A stretch of 64,000 bases of DNA, taken from NCBI RefSeq assembly GCF_030646925.1, contig NZ_JAUSKL010000004.1, positions 11,064 to 75,063 on the forward strand, written 5' to 3'. This DNA is from Candidatus Binatus sp. GTDB taxonomy: Bacteria; Desulfobacterota; Binatia; Binatales; Binataceae. How positions within the stretch are numbered: position 1 is the stretch's first letter; every line of letters begins with the position of its first letter. The position numbers and the translations under genes were made by a program. The notes beneath the pieces are model-generated. The model saw nothing but the letters and a program-made list of their open reading frames with translations. It did not search any database and was not told the origin of the DNA. Positions 1 through 8,048 of the stretch are shown here, piece after piece.

Positions 1-824
1 TTGCGCCGCACGGGATCGTCGGGGCGGGCCGGCTTGATGATCACCTTCGACGAACTGCCGGATAGCTCGATGGCGAGGCTCGCGAGTTCATCAATGGTGA
101 ATTCGTCGGGATTGCCGATGTTGACCGGGCCGATGTGAGCTTCCTGGTTCATCATGCGGACGATCGCGTCGATAATGTCGTCCACGTAAGCGAACGAGCG
201 AGTCTGCTTGCCGTCGCCGTAGATTTCGAGGTCCTCGCCGCGGAGCGCGGCGACGCAGAAGTTCGACACCACGCGGCCGTCGTTGATGGCCATCCGCGGG
301 CCGTAAGTGTTGAAGATGCGGACGATGCGGATATCGACGTTGTTCTGCCGGTGATAGTCCATCATGAGGCATTCGGCGACGCGTTTGCCCTCGTCGTAGC
401 ATGAGCGCACGCCAATCGGGTTCACGTTGCCCCAATACTTTTCGGTCTGCGGATGCTCTTCGGGATCGCCGTAAACCTCGCTGGTCGAAGTGAGCAGGAT
501 GCGGGCGCGGACGCGTTTGGCAAGGCCCAGCATGTTGATGGTGCCCATCACACTGGTCTTGATGGTTTTGACGGGGTTGTACTGGTAGTGCACCGGCGAA
601 GCGGGGCAGGCGAGATTAAAGATGCGATCTACTTCGAGCAGGATCGGCTCGACAATATCGTGGCGGATAAATTCGAAATTGCGTTGATCGAACAGGTGCT
701 CGATGTTGGCGCGCTTGCCGCTGAAGTAGTTGTCCATGCAGATGACTTCATGGCCATCTTTCAGCAGGCGTTCGCAGAGGTGAGAGCCAAGGAATCCGGC
801 GCCGCCGGTTACCAGAGTGCGCAC
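1..824 (-). CDS. UDP-glucuronate decarboxylase (UDP-xylose synthase)-like extended SDR; 3' end runs off the window
   Basis: Manual translation from GTG at 824: [36 protein letters not shown]...; C-terminal [17 protein letters not shown]; GAGGT RBS 8 nt upstream. Absent from the ORF track because it is truncated by the window edge. Confidence 0.9.
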   Translation of the reverse strand, partial: MRTLVTGGAGFLGSHLCERLLKDGHEVICMDNYFSGKRANIEHLFDQRNFEFIRHDIVEPILLEVDRIFNLACPASPVHYQYNPVKTIKTSVMGTINMLGLAKRVRARILLTSTSEVYGDPEEHPQTEKYWGNVNPIGVRSCYDEGKRVAECLMMDYHRQNNVDIRIVRIFNTYGPRMAINDGRVVSNFCVAALRGEDLEIYGDGKQTRSFAYVDDIIDAIVRMMNQEAHIGPVNIGNPDEFTIDELASLAIELSGSSSKVIIKPARPDDPVRR

Positions 825-852
825 AATTGATTACCTCGGATAGCGAAATTCA

Positions 853-2034
853 TTAGCGGCGATTTTCCCGCACGATCGAGAGAACGGTTTCGATAACGTA
901 GTTCACATCCTCGTCGCTCATCGCGTAGTAGATCGGCAACGAGAAACAGCGGCTGAAGACATCTTCGGCGACCGGAAAATCGCCGTTACGATAGCCGTAG
1001 GAGCGCTGATAATAGTGCATCGTGTGGAGCGGGATGCAGTGCACGGAGCATCCGACGCCGCGCTCGCGCAAAATTTCGACGAACTGGTTGCGGCCGATGC
1101 GGAGCCGCTCGGGCCGCAAGCGGAGCACGTACAGATGCCAGGCGTGCTCGATGCCGGGTTCTGAGTAGGGCGCCTGGAGACTCTCGTCGGCGCGAAACGC
1201 GTCGCTATACGCGCGCGCGATCTCAGTGCGGCGGCGCATAAATTCGTCCGAGCGCTTGAGCTGCGCGACGCCGATCGCGGCGTGCACGTCGGAGAGATTG
1301 TACTTGAATCCGAGGTCGTGGATTTCGTAGTACCACGATCCGCTTTGGTCGTAGCGCTTCCACGCGTCCTTGTTCATCCCGTGAAGGCTCGCGACTGCGA
1401 TCTTCTCGGCGAGCGCGTCATCCTCGGTGGTGATCATCCCGCCCTCGGCGGTGGTAAAATTCTTGGTGGCGTAAAAACTGAAGCAAGTGAGGTCGCCGAT
1501 CGCGCCGACCTTGGCCATCCCGCGGCCATCCATGTGGCGCGCGGAGCCGGCGGCATGGGCGGCATCCTCGACGATCTTGAGATCGTAGTCGCGGGCAATC
1601 TTGAGAATGCGATCCATGTCGCAAGTTTGTCCGGCGAAATGGACCGGCAGCAGCGCGCGGACTTTCTTGTTGGCGCCGCTTTCGAGTGCTTCCTCGATGC
1701 GGGCCGGATTGATGTTGAACGTGCCGGGATCGATATCGACGAAGACCGGACGCGCGCCGAGATAGCCGAGTATTTCGGCGGTGGCGGTGAAGGTGAAAGG
1801 GGTGGTGATGACTTCGTCGCCGGGGCCGATACCGAGCGCCCAAAGAGCAAGATGCAGCGCGCCGGTGCAATGCGCGACCGCGAGCGCGTGCTTCGCGCCG
1901 ACGTACTCGGCGAATTCTTTTTCGAAGCGCTTGGCCTTGGGGCCGGTGGTAATCCAGCCGGAGCGCAGGGTGTCGAGAACTTCACGCTCCTCTTCGGGGC
2001 CAATCGAGGGGCGGTGAAAAGCTACTTGTCGCAT
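853..2034 (-). CDS. DegT/DnrJ/EryC1/StrS (ArnB-like) PLP-dependent sugar aminotransferase
   Basis: SGWITTGPK, EDAAHA, CFSFYATKNFTTAEGGMI (PLP Lys), GFKYNLSD, LPIY motifs. Confidence 0.92.
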   Translation of the reverse strand: MRQVAFHRPSIGPEEEREVLDTLRSGWITTGPKAKRFEKEFAEYVGAKHALAVAHCTGALHLALWALGIGPGDEVITTPFTFTATAEILGYLGARPVFVDIDPGTFNINPARIEEALESGANKKVRALLPVHFAGQTCDMDRILKIARDYDLKIVEDAAHAAGSARHMDGRGMAKVGAIGDLTCFSFYATKNFTTAEGGMITTEDDALAEKIAVASLHGMNKDAWKRYDQSGSWYYEIHDLGFKYNLSDVHAAIGVAQLKRSDEFMRRRTEIARAYSDAFRADESLQAPYSEPGIEHAWHLYVLRLRPERLRIGRNQFVEILRERGVGCSVHCIPLHTMHYYQRSYGYRNGDFPVAEDVFSRCFSLPIYYAMSDEDVNYVIETVLSIVRENRR

Positions 2035-2084
2035 TATGGAGAGTTGGGTGGAGTCGGCTTGGTGTTTGACGCTTCAGTCGCGGG

Positions 2085-2116
2085 TTAGTCTTTGGATTAG
2101 TCTTGGGGCTAATCTT
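2085..2116. promoter_or_regulatory. Three imperfect 8-bp direct repeats at 12-bp period in a divergent promoter region
   Basis: TTAGTCTT 2085-2092, TTAGTCTT 2097-2104, CTAATCTT 2109-2116; TATAAG (-10-like) at 2133-2138. Confidence 0.35.
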
Positions 2117-2168
2117 GCGGTACTCGCCGTAGTATAAGGGATAGCTCAAAACGGGAGCAAGGCGGGGT

Positions 2169-3827
2169 TTGATGAGGCATGCACGATGGTTGGCGATCGC
2201 GCTGATCGCAGGCTGGTATGCGTTCGCGCTCGCATTGTTGTATCCGCTGGCCGACGCGCCTGTGGCGGATAGCTGGCTCTTCGCCGCGGCGGTGCGGCGA
2301 TTCATGCATACCGGCGAGGTGCGATTCGCGGGCTTCACGCAGGTGATGCCGGTCGCGCAGGTAATCTATGGCGCGGCGTGGGCGCGCGGCTTCGGGGCCA
2401 ATCCGATCTCGCTGGAAATGTCCACGGTGATGCTCGCGATTCTATGCGGCGTCGCATTTCATGCGTTGTTGCTCCGATGCGGTGCGCGTCCATGGCAGGC
2501 GCTGGCGGCAACTGGTTTGCTCATCTGCAACCCGTGTTTCACGTTTCTCAGTTTTTCGTTCATGACCGAGATTCCGTTTCTGTTGTTGCTGATCGGCGCA
2601 TACCTGGCGTTTGCGAAAGCCGAGGGGGCGCATCGCACGGCGTGGCTCTGGCTCGCGGCGCTGCTGATCGTGATCGATTTCATGATTCGGCCGTTCGGCG
2701 CGATGGCGATTCTCGGATGCGTGGGCGCGATCCTGCTTTATCGCTACAGCGCCTATGGGTGGAATTTTGGCGACGTTAACGACACGGATGATCGACCGAG
2801 TCTTGCAGGGATTCTGGCGCCGTTCGTGGTAGCGTTTGCAGGCTGCGCTTTCATTTGGATTTGGCTGACTGTGCTGGGACCGAAACCGTGGAACCTGCAG
2901 CGCCACGAGAATCACTTCCGGTATCTGCTTTTGGTGTCAATCTCGAATTATCTGCGCGCAGGCGTTCTTGGACCGGCGCTGTATCTCGGTACGGTGCTCG
3001 CACCGATGTCGTTGTTACAACTTGCGAACGCACGATGGCGGCGAGTCGTGCTGATTGCGTCGTCGATTTTCGTGGCCTCGATGGTGCTGATGCATCTGGA
3101 TCACAGCCTGCCGGAATACAGTTGCTTCGGCGGCTGGAGCAATGCGCTGACACTACGCGGGCTGTCCAACCGTTTTTTCTGGGAGAGCTACTGGCAATAC
3201 GGGTTCATAGCTTTCGCAAGTCTTGGTGCCGGAGGGCTGATTCTTGCCTGCGTCCAGGTCGCGATGAAACTGCCGCGGGCGGCGCTCGCGATGGTAATCG
3301 GCGCGGCGATCTACTGGGCGGCGACGGTTCCGCTGTGGTTCTACAATGATCGCTACTACCTGGTGCTTGTGCCCGCGGGTGCGATCATGCTCGGGTTGGC
3401 GCCGCTGCCGCGTAGTCGGCTGATTGCGGGCGCCGGGTTCGCGATGATATTGGCGATGGGAATGATGTCGCTCGGCGGTACATTTGCGTACCAGCGCGGG
3501 CTCGGTGCGGTGCTCGCGGCGCGCGATGCGCTGGAGCGGCAGGGAGTCCCGCGGTCATCGATCGACGCGGGCTATGCGCTGAACGGCCAGGATCTCTATC
3601 GCTATCCGAAACATGGGATCGAGACGATGAAGTTCGAGGCGGGTATCCCGATGATCACATCGAAGCAGATCGCGGATTACACGATCGCGAGCGGGCCGAT
3701 CGAGGGGACGCGGGCAGTGCGCGAGTTCACGTGGCCGGGACCATTCGGAATGGGCCAGCGCAAGATATTCGTGCTGAAACGAATCGACAAGATGCCCGCC
3801 GCTCCAAATCACGTGGGTAGCGACTAG
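2169..3827 (+). CDS. Polytopic GT-C fold (ArnT/PMT-like) glycosyltransferase
   Basis: Many TM helices; periplasmic PVADSW loop after TM1; NP..TFLSFSFMTEIPF; NDRYYL; C-terminal soluble domain. Confidence 0.7.
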   Translation: MMRHARWLAIALIAGWYAFALALLYPLADAPVADSWLFAAAVRRFMHTGEVRFAGFTQVMPVAQVIYGAAWARGFGANPISLEMSTVMLAILCGVAFHALLLRCGARPWQALAATGLLICNPCFTFLSFSFMTEIPFLLLLIGAYLAFAKAEGAHRTAWLWLAALLIVIDFMIRPFGAMAILGCVGAILLYRYSAYGWNFGDVNDTDDRPSLAGILAPFVVAFAGCAFIWIWLTVLGPKPWNLQRHENHFRYLLLVSISNYLRAGVLGPALYLGTVLAPMSLLQLANARWRRVVLIASSIFVASMVLMHLDHSLPEYSCFGGWSNALTLRGLSNRFFWESYWQYGFIAFASLGAGGLILACVQVAMKLPRAALAMVIGAAIYWAATVPLWFYNDRYYLVLVPAGAIMLGLAPLPRSRLIAGAGFAMILAMGMMSLGGTFAYQRGLGAVLAARDALERQGVPRSSIDAGYALNGQDLYRYPKHGIETMKFEAGIPMITSKQIADYTIASGPIEGTRAVREFTWPGPFGMGQRKIFVLKRIDKMPAAPNHVGSD

Positions 3828-3838
3828 CTCGAGATGCG

Positions 3839-5002
3839 TTAGCCGGCGGAGCCGGGGACAGTGCCGGGCGCCGGACCGGGCATGATGTAGGTCGGCACGC
3901 CGGACTTCTGCTCGATCGCTTTTTCGAGCTTCTGCATATCGACCTGATCCTCGATGCCGAGCCGCTCGACTTCCTTTTGCGCGTGCGCCCAGATGCCGGC
4001 GTAGCGACCGTACAGATCCTCGTGCACCTCGACGTAGAGCGCGTCGCCGCGCCATCCGAATTTCACCGGCTGATAGACGAACTGGCCCGGCGTGCCGATT
4101 TTCACCTTGTTGAACAGGCGCTGGATGTCTTCGGGGTAGAGCCGAACGCATCCGTGGCTGACTTCCATCCCGACGCCCCACGGGACGTTGGTGCCGTGCA
4201 GGGCGTAGGAGGGCAGCGTCAATTCGATGCGATAGCGGCCTAGCGGATTGTCGGGATCGGTACCGGAGACGACGTGTTCCGCTTCGCCGTCGCGCTCGAG
4301 ATGTTCCTTGTAGATATTTTCGGGCACCACCCAAGTCGGGTTGCGGGTCTTGCCGCGCACGGTGAAGGCGCCGATCGGGGTTTTCCAATCGTAGCGGCCG
4401 AGCCCGACCGGGAAGGTGTAGACGACGGTCGGCACGATCGCGCCACCTGCGTGTTTCTTGCCCGCGACGTATGCGACGGGTGCGATGCCCTCGACATACG
4501 CGGCCGGCGTGACGCCCGTCTTGCGCTTCTTGTGGCGGACGCCGCCGGTCGGCGAGGGATAGTAGTAGTACACGCGCATCTCGGGGATGTTCAGCACGAT
4601 TCCGACATGCGGCGTATCGGGCAGGATATGTTCGTCGGGCAGGACGATCTGGCGGCCGGCGGGCGGCGCCCACCAATCGATCTTGTCGTTGGCGTTCGAG
4701 ATTTCCCGCGCGGTGACGCCGAACCATCGCCCGACATCGAGCAGCGTGTCGCCCTTCAAAAGCTGGTAAGTGATCAGATTACCGATGATGTTGTCTTTGC
4801 CGTGCGGCAGCGGATAGGCGTAGAGCGGTCGATGCTCGAATTCGTCCTCGGTCCATCCAGCGAGAGCGGGCGGAATCGCGACCAGCGCGACGAGCAGAGT
4901 GATCGAGAGCAATCTGATGGCGGACTTGATCAACTGCTGCAGCACGAGACTGCCGGGTTTTGCATTATCGAGCAGGTGATTTGCTAATTCGGCCAACGAC
5001 AT
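3839..5002 (-). CDS. L,D-transpeptidase (ErfK/YbiS/YcfS type: LysM + YkuD + C-terminal domain); start uncertain (alternative GTG 4945)
   Basis: GDTLLDVGR (LysM), IVLNIPEMRVYY, FPVGLGR, NPLG..IELTLPSYALHGTN..WGVGMEVSHGCVRL catalytic motif, QPVKFGWRGDALYVEVH. Confidence 0.92.
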   Translation of the reverse strand: MSLAELANHLLDNAKPGSLVLQQLIKSAIRLLSITLLVALVAIPPALAGWTEDEFEHRPLYAYPLPHGKDNIIGNLITYQLLKGDTLLDVGRWFGVTAREISNANDKIDWWAPPAGRQIVLPDEHILPDTPHVGIVLNIPEMRVYYYYPSPTGGVRHKKRKTGVTPAAYVEGIAPVAYVAGKKHAGGAIVPTVVYTFPVGLGRYDWKTPIGAFTVRGKTRNPTWVVPENIYKEHLERDGEAEHVVSGTDPDNPLGRYRIELTLPSYALHGTNVPWGVGMEVSHGCVRLYPEDIQRLFNKVKIGTPGQFVYQPVKFGWRGDALYVEVHEDLYGRYAGIWAHAQKEVERLGIEDQVDMQKLEKAIEQKSGVPTYIMPGPAPGTVPGSAG

Positions 5003-5042
5003 CCGCGCATCCCCCTCCGCCAAATCGATCATAACTGCCGCA

Positions 5043-7229
5043 TCAATCGTCAATCAACCGCAGGTTGGCGAACTTGAGCACCAGCAATTTGACGCCGGCA
5101 CGATCGAAATTGATCCAGACCTTGGCGACGGCGCCGCGGCCTTCGCGCTTGCGGATTACGCCGCGGCCGAAAGTCGGATGAATGACGCCGACGCCGACCG
5201 CGAGTCCGTCGGCATTGGCGGCGGGGCCGGGTTCAGGCATCTGGCTGTCGGTATAATCGACGTACGGCTCGCGCGAGAGCGGGCGAATCGGGCCGGCGCC
5301 GCGCTCGGGCTTGATGCGATTGATCAGCGAGCGATCGACTTCGCGCAAAAATCGCGATTCGCGCGATTCCTGGCGCACGCCGTAAATCTCGCGCGAGAGC
5401 GTGTTGGTCAGGTAGAGCAGTTTGCGCGCGCGGGTCATCCCGACGTAGCAGAGGCGGCGCTCCTCTTCGACTTCCTCGCCGCTGTCCTGCGAGCGGCTGT
5501 GCGGAAAGAGGCCTTCCTCCATGCCGGCGATGAAGACGACGGGATATTCGAGGCCCTTCGAGGTGTGGAGCGTCATCAGGGCGACGCGGCCGCCGGCGAC
5601 GTCGAGTTGATCGGCGTCGCTGACAAGCGCGACGCGTTCGAGGAATTCGCCGAGGCCGCCGCCGCTCCGCTCGGCGTCGAAGGCGCCGGCCGCGGTGAGC
5701 ATCTCGGCGAGATTTTGCTTGCGCGCGGGCGCGTCGGGCAGATTGTCGAGGTACGCCTCGAAGCCGCTGTGCGCGACGACCTGCTCGACGATCGCGCGAA
5801 CGCTCAAATCGGACACGCGCGCCATCAGATCGCGCATCCAGGTGTAGAGGTTGCTCGCCTGCTTGGCGATTCGAAGCGCGACTTTGGAGTTGGTTTCGAG
5901 CCGGCCCATCGCTTCAAACGCGGTGATGCCTTCGTGCGCGGCGACTTCGGTCATCACTTCGATCGTTTTGGCGCCGATACCGCGGGTCGGCACGCCGACC
6001 ATCCGCTCGAGTGCGGTCGCGTCGGCGGGGTTGGCAATCACGCGCAGATAGCTCAGCAGGTCCTTGACGTCGCGCTGTTCGTAGAAGCGAACGCCGCCAA
6101 CGACGAAATAAGGGATGCGGCGGCGGACGAGCGCTTCCTCGAGCACGCGCGACTGGGCATTGACGCGGTAGAAGATCACGACGTCGGCGGGGCGCGAGCC
6201 GTTATTCGCGGTGAGGAGGCCAATCTCGCGCGCGATGAAATCCGCTTCGTCGCGTTCGTTGACTCCGGTGAAATACGTGACTGGCTCGCCGGTATCGTTC
6301 TCGGTCCAGAGATTTTTTATTTTGCGCTCGGTGTTATTGCGGATGACGGCGCCGGCAGTCGCGAGAATATTTTTGGTCGAGCGGTAATTTTGTTCGAGCT
6401 TGAAAATTTTCGCAGCCGGGTAGTCGCGCTCGAAATCGAGGATGTTGCGGATGTCTGCGCCGCGCCATCGATAGATGGACTGGTCTTCATCGCCGACCAC
6501 GCACAGATTTCCGGTTTTAGCCGCGAGCGCTTTCACGATTAAATACTGGACGCGGTTGGTGTCCTGGTATTCATCGACCAGCAGATGGGCGGCGCGCCGA
6601 TGCCATCGCTCGAGAACTTCGGGGAACTGCTCGAACAGCAGCCAGGTCTGGAGTTGCAGGTCGCTGAAGTCCATCGAATTTATCGAGCGGAGCCGCGCCT
6701 GGTAGAGCTGGTAGATGCGCGCGATCGATGCCTCGCGGCCGCCTTCGGTCTGCGCGAGCATCTCTTCGGGCGTGACAGCTTCGTTCTTGGCCTGCTCGAT
6801 TCGCGAGCGGACGAGTTCAGGCGGCGGCGAATCGGCCAGCGCGGCATCCTCGAGCACGCGGCGCAGAGTGGTCATCGAATCTGTTTCGTCGAGGATCGAG
6901 AAGTTGCGATCGAAGCCGAGCGCGTGACCCTCCTGGCGCAGGATGCGCGCGCAGGCCGAATGAAACGTGCTGACCCACGGGAGTCGCGCCGCGTCGCCGA
7001 CAATCGCAGCGATCCGCTCGCGCATCTCGTTGGCGGCCTTGTTGGTGAAGGTGACGGCGAGCACTTCGGCGGAAACGGCGGCGCGCTCGGCGAGCAGATG
7101 TGCGATACGATAGGTCAGCACGCGGGTCTTGCCGCTGCCGGCGCCGGCGAGAATCAGGATCGGGCCGCCGCCCGCGAGGACGGCATCGCGCTGTTCGGGA
7201 TTCAGATCGTCGAGTTTCACGGATAACAT
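5043..7229 (-). CDS. pcrA: ATP-dependent DNA helicase PcrA/UvrD
   Basis: LNPEQ, AGAGSGKTRVL, VTFTNKAA, VDEYQDTN, QSIYRWRGAD, LEQNYRST, MTLHTSKGLEY, EEERRLCYVGMTRA. Confidence 0.97.
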   Translation of the reverse strand: MLSVKLDDLNPEQRDAVLAGGGPILILAGAGSGKTRVLTYRIAHLLAERAAVSAEVLAVTFTNKAANEMRERIAAIVGDAARLPWVSTFHSACARILRQEGHALGFDRNFSILDETDSMTTLRRVLEDAALADSPPPELVRSRIEQAKNEAVTPEEMLAQTEGGREASIARIYQLYQARLRSINSMDFSDLQLQTWLLFEQFPEVLERWHRRAAHLLVDEYQDTNRVQYLIVKALAAKTGNLCVVGDEDQSIYRWRGADIRNILDFERDYPAAKIFKLEQNYRSTKNILATAGAVIRNNTERKIKNLWTENDTGEPVTYFTGVNERDEADFIAREIGLLTANNGSRPADVVIFYRVNAQSRVLEEALVRRRIPYFVVGGVRFYEQRDVKDLLSYLRVIANPADATALERMVGVPTRGIGAKTIEVMTEVAAHEGITAFEAMGRLETNSKVALRIAKQASNLYTWMRDLMARVSDLSVRAIVEQVVAHSGFEAYLDNLPDAPARKQNLAEMLTAAGAFDAERSGGGLGEFLERVALVSDADQLDVAGGRVALMTLHTSKGLEYPVVFIAGMEEGLFPHSRSQDSGEEVEEERRLCYVGMTRARKLLYLTNTLSREIYGVRQESRESRFLREVDRSLINRIKPERGAGPIRPLSREPYVDYTDSQMPEPGPAANADGLAVGVGVIHPTFGRGVIRKREGRGAVAKVWINFDRAGVKLLVLKFANLRLIDD

Positions 7230-7326
7230 GGGCGGTGCGAAGTTTCGAAGCCGCCGGGGGAGTGTTCAGGATACCGGCTTCGACGCGCGCCGAAAAGACG
7301 TCGCGGAAAAAGATCGGGATTTTTTG

Positions 7327-7923
7327 GTGGCGACCTACGAACCGTACGACAAATTTTATCGCAAGGCGAAGGCGATGGGATTGCCGTCGCGCGCCGCGTT
7401 CAAGATCGAGGAGATCATCGCGCGGCATCGGATGGCGCCAAAGGGCGCGCGGATCGTGGATTTAGGATGCGCGCCGGGCGGATGGCTCGCGATACTGGCG
7501 CGCGCGGTGGGCACGGGCGGGCGCGTAGTCGGCGTCGATCTGGCGCCGTGCCGCAACGTGTCGGCGGGCGCGATCGCGATCGTGGGCGACATCCTGAATG
7601 AATCGATCGCGGCGCGCGTCGCGAACGAGTTGGGCGGCGGCGCGGACCTCGTCACAAGCGATCTGGCGCCCAAGCTGACGGGAATCGCGGCGAGAGATCA
7701 GGCGCGATCGCGCGAACTGATCGACGCGGCGATCGAGTTTACGGCGCGCGTGCTGAAGCCGGGCGGCGCGATGGTCGCGAAGATGTTCATGGGCGAAGAA
7801 TTCAAGGAAGTGATCGCGGAATTCAAGCAGCGATTTGGCGAGGTCGAGGTAATGCGGACCAAGGCGAGCCGTCCCGGGTCGTCGGAGCTATACGTGATCG
7901 CGCGAAATTTTAAGCGGCGCTAG
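7327..7923 (+). CDS. rlmE: 23S rRNA Um2552 2'-O-methyltransferase RlmE/FtsJ; probable start GTG 7327
   Basis: DKFYRKAKAMGLPSRAAFKIEEI, VDLGCAPGGW, DLVTSDLAP, KMFMG, KASRPGSSELY. Confidence 0.93.
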   Translation: MATYEPYDKFYRKAKAMGLPSRAAFKIEEIIARHRMAPKGARIVDLGCAPGGWLAILARAVGTGGRVVGVDLAPCRNVSAGAIAIVGDILNESIAARVANELGGGADLVTSDLAPKLTGIAARDQARSRELIDAAIEFTARVLKPGGAMVAKMFMGEEFKEVIAEFKQRFGEVEVMRTKASRPGSSELYVIARNFKRR

Positions 7924-8048
7924 GCGCGGAAAATCGGCGGGACTGGTGCGGCTGAAGAGTGCGGCAGTCCAAAGCGCTCCGGTCGTCGCGAATTTATCCT
8001 CGCGATTGATTTCGGGGCGCCCCAGACTGCCGCTAAGCGATCCGCCGC

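Noticed and set aside
7961-8033. Inverted repeat GCGGCAGTC/GACTGCCGC between the convergent rlmE and NHL genes
   Set aside because: 9-bp arms about 55 bp apart in GC-rich DNA with no U-tract. It could be a REP-like or terminator remnant, but there is no second copy in the window.
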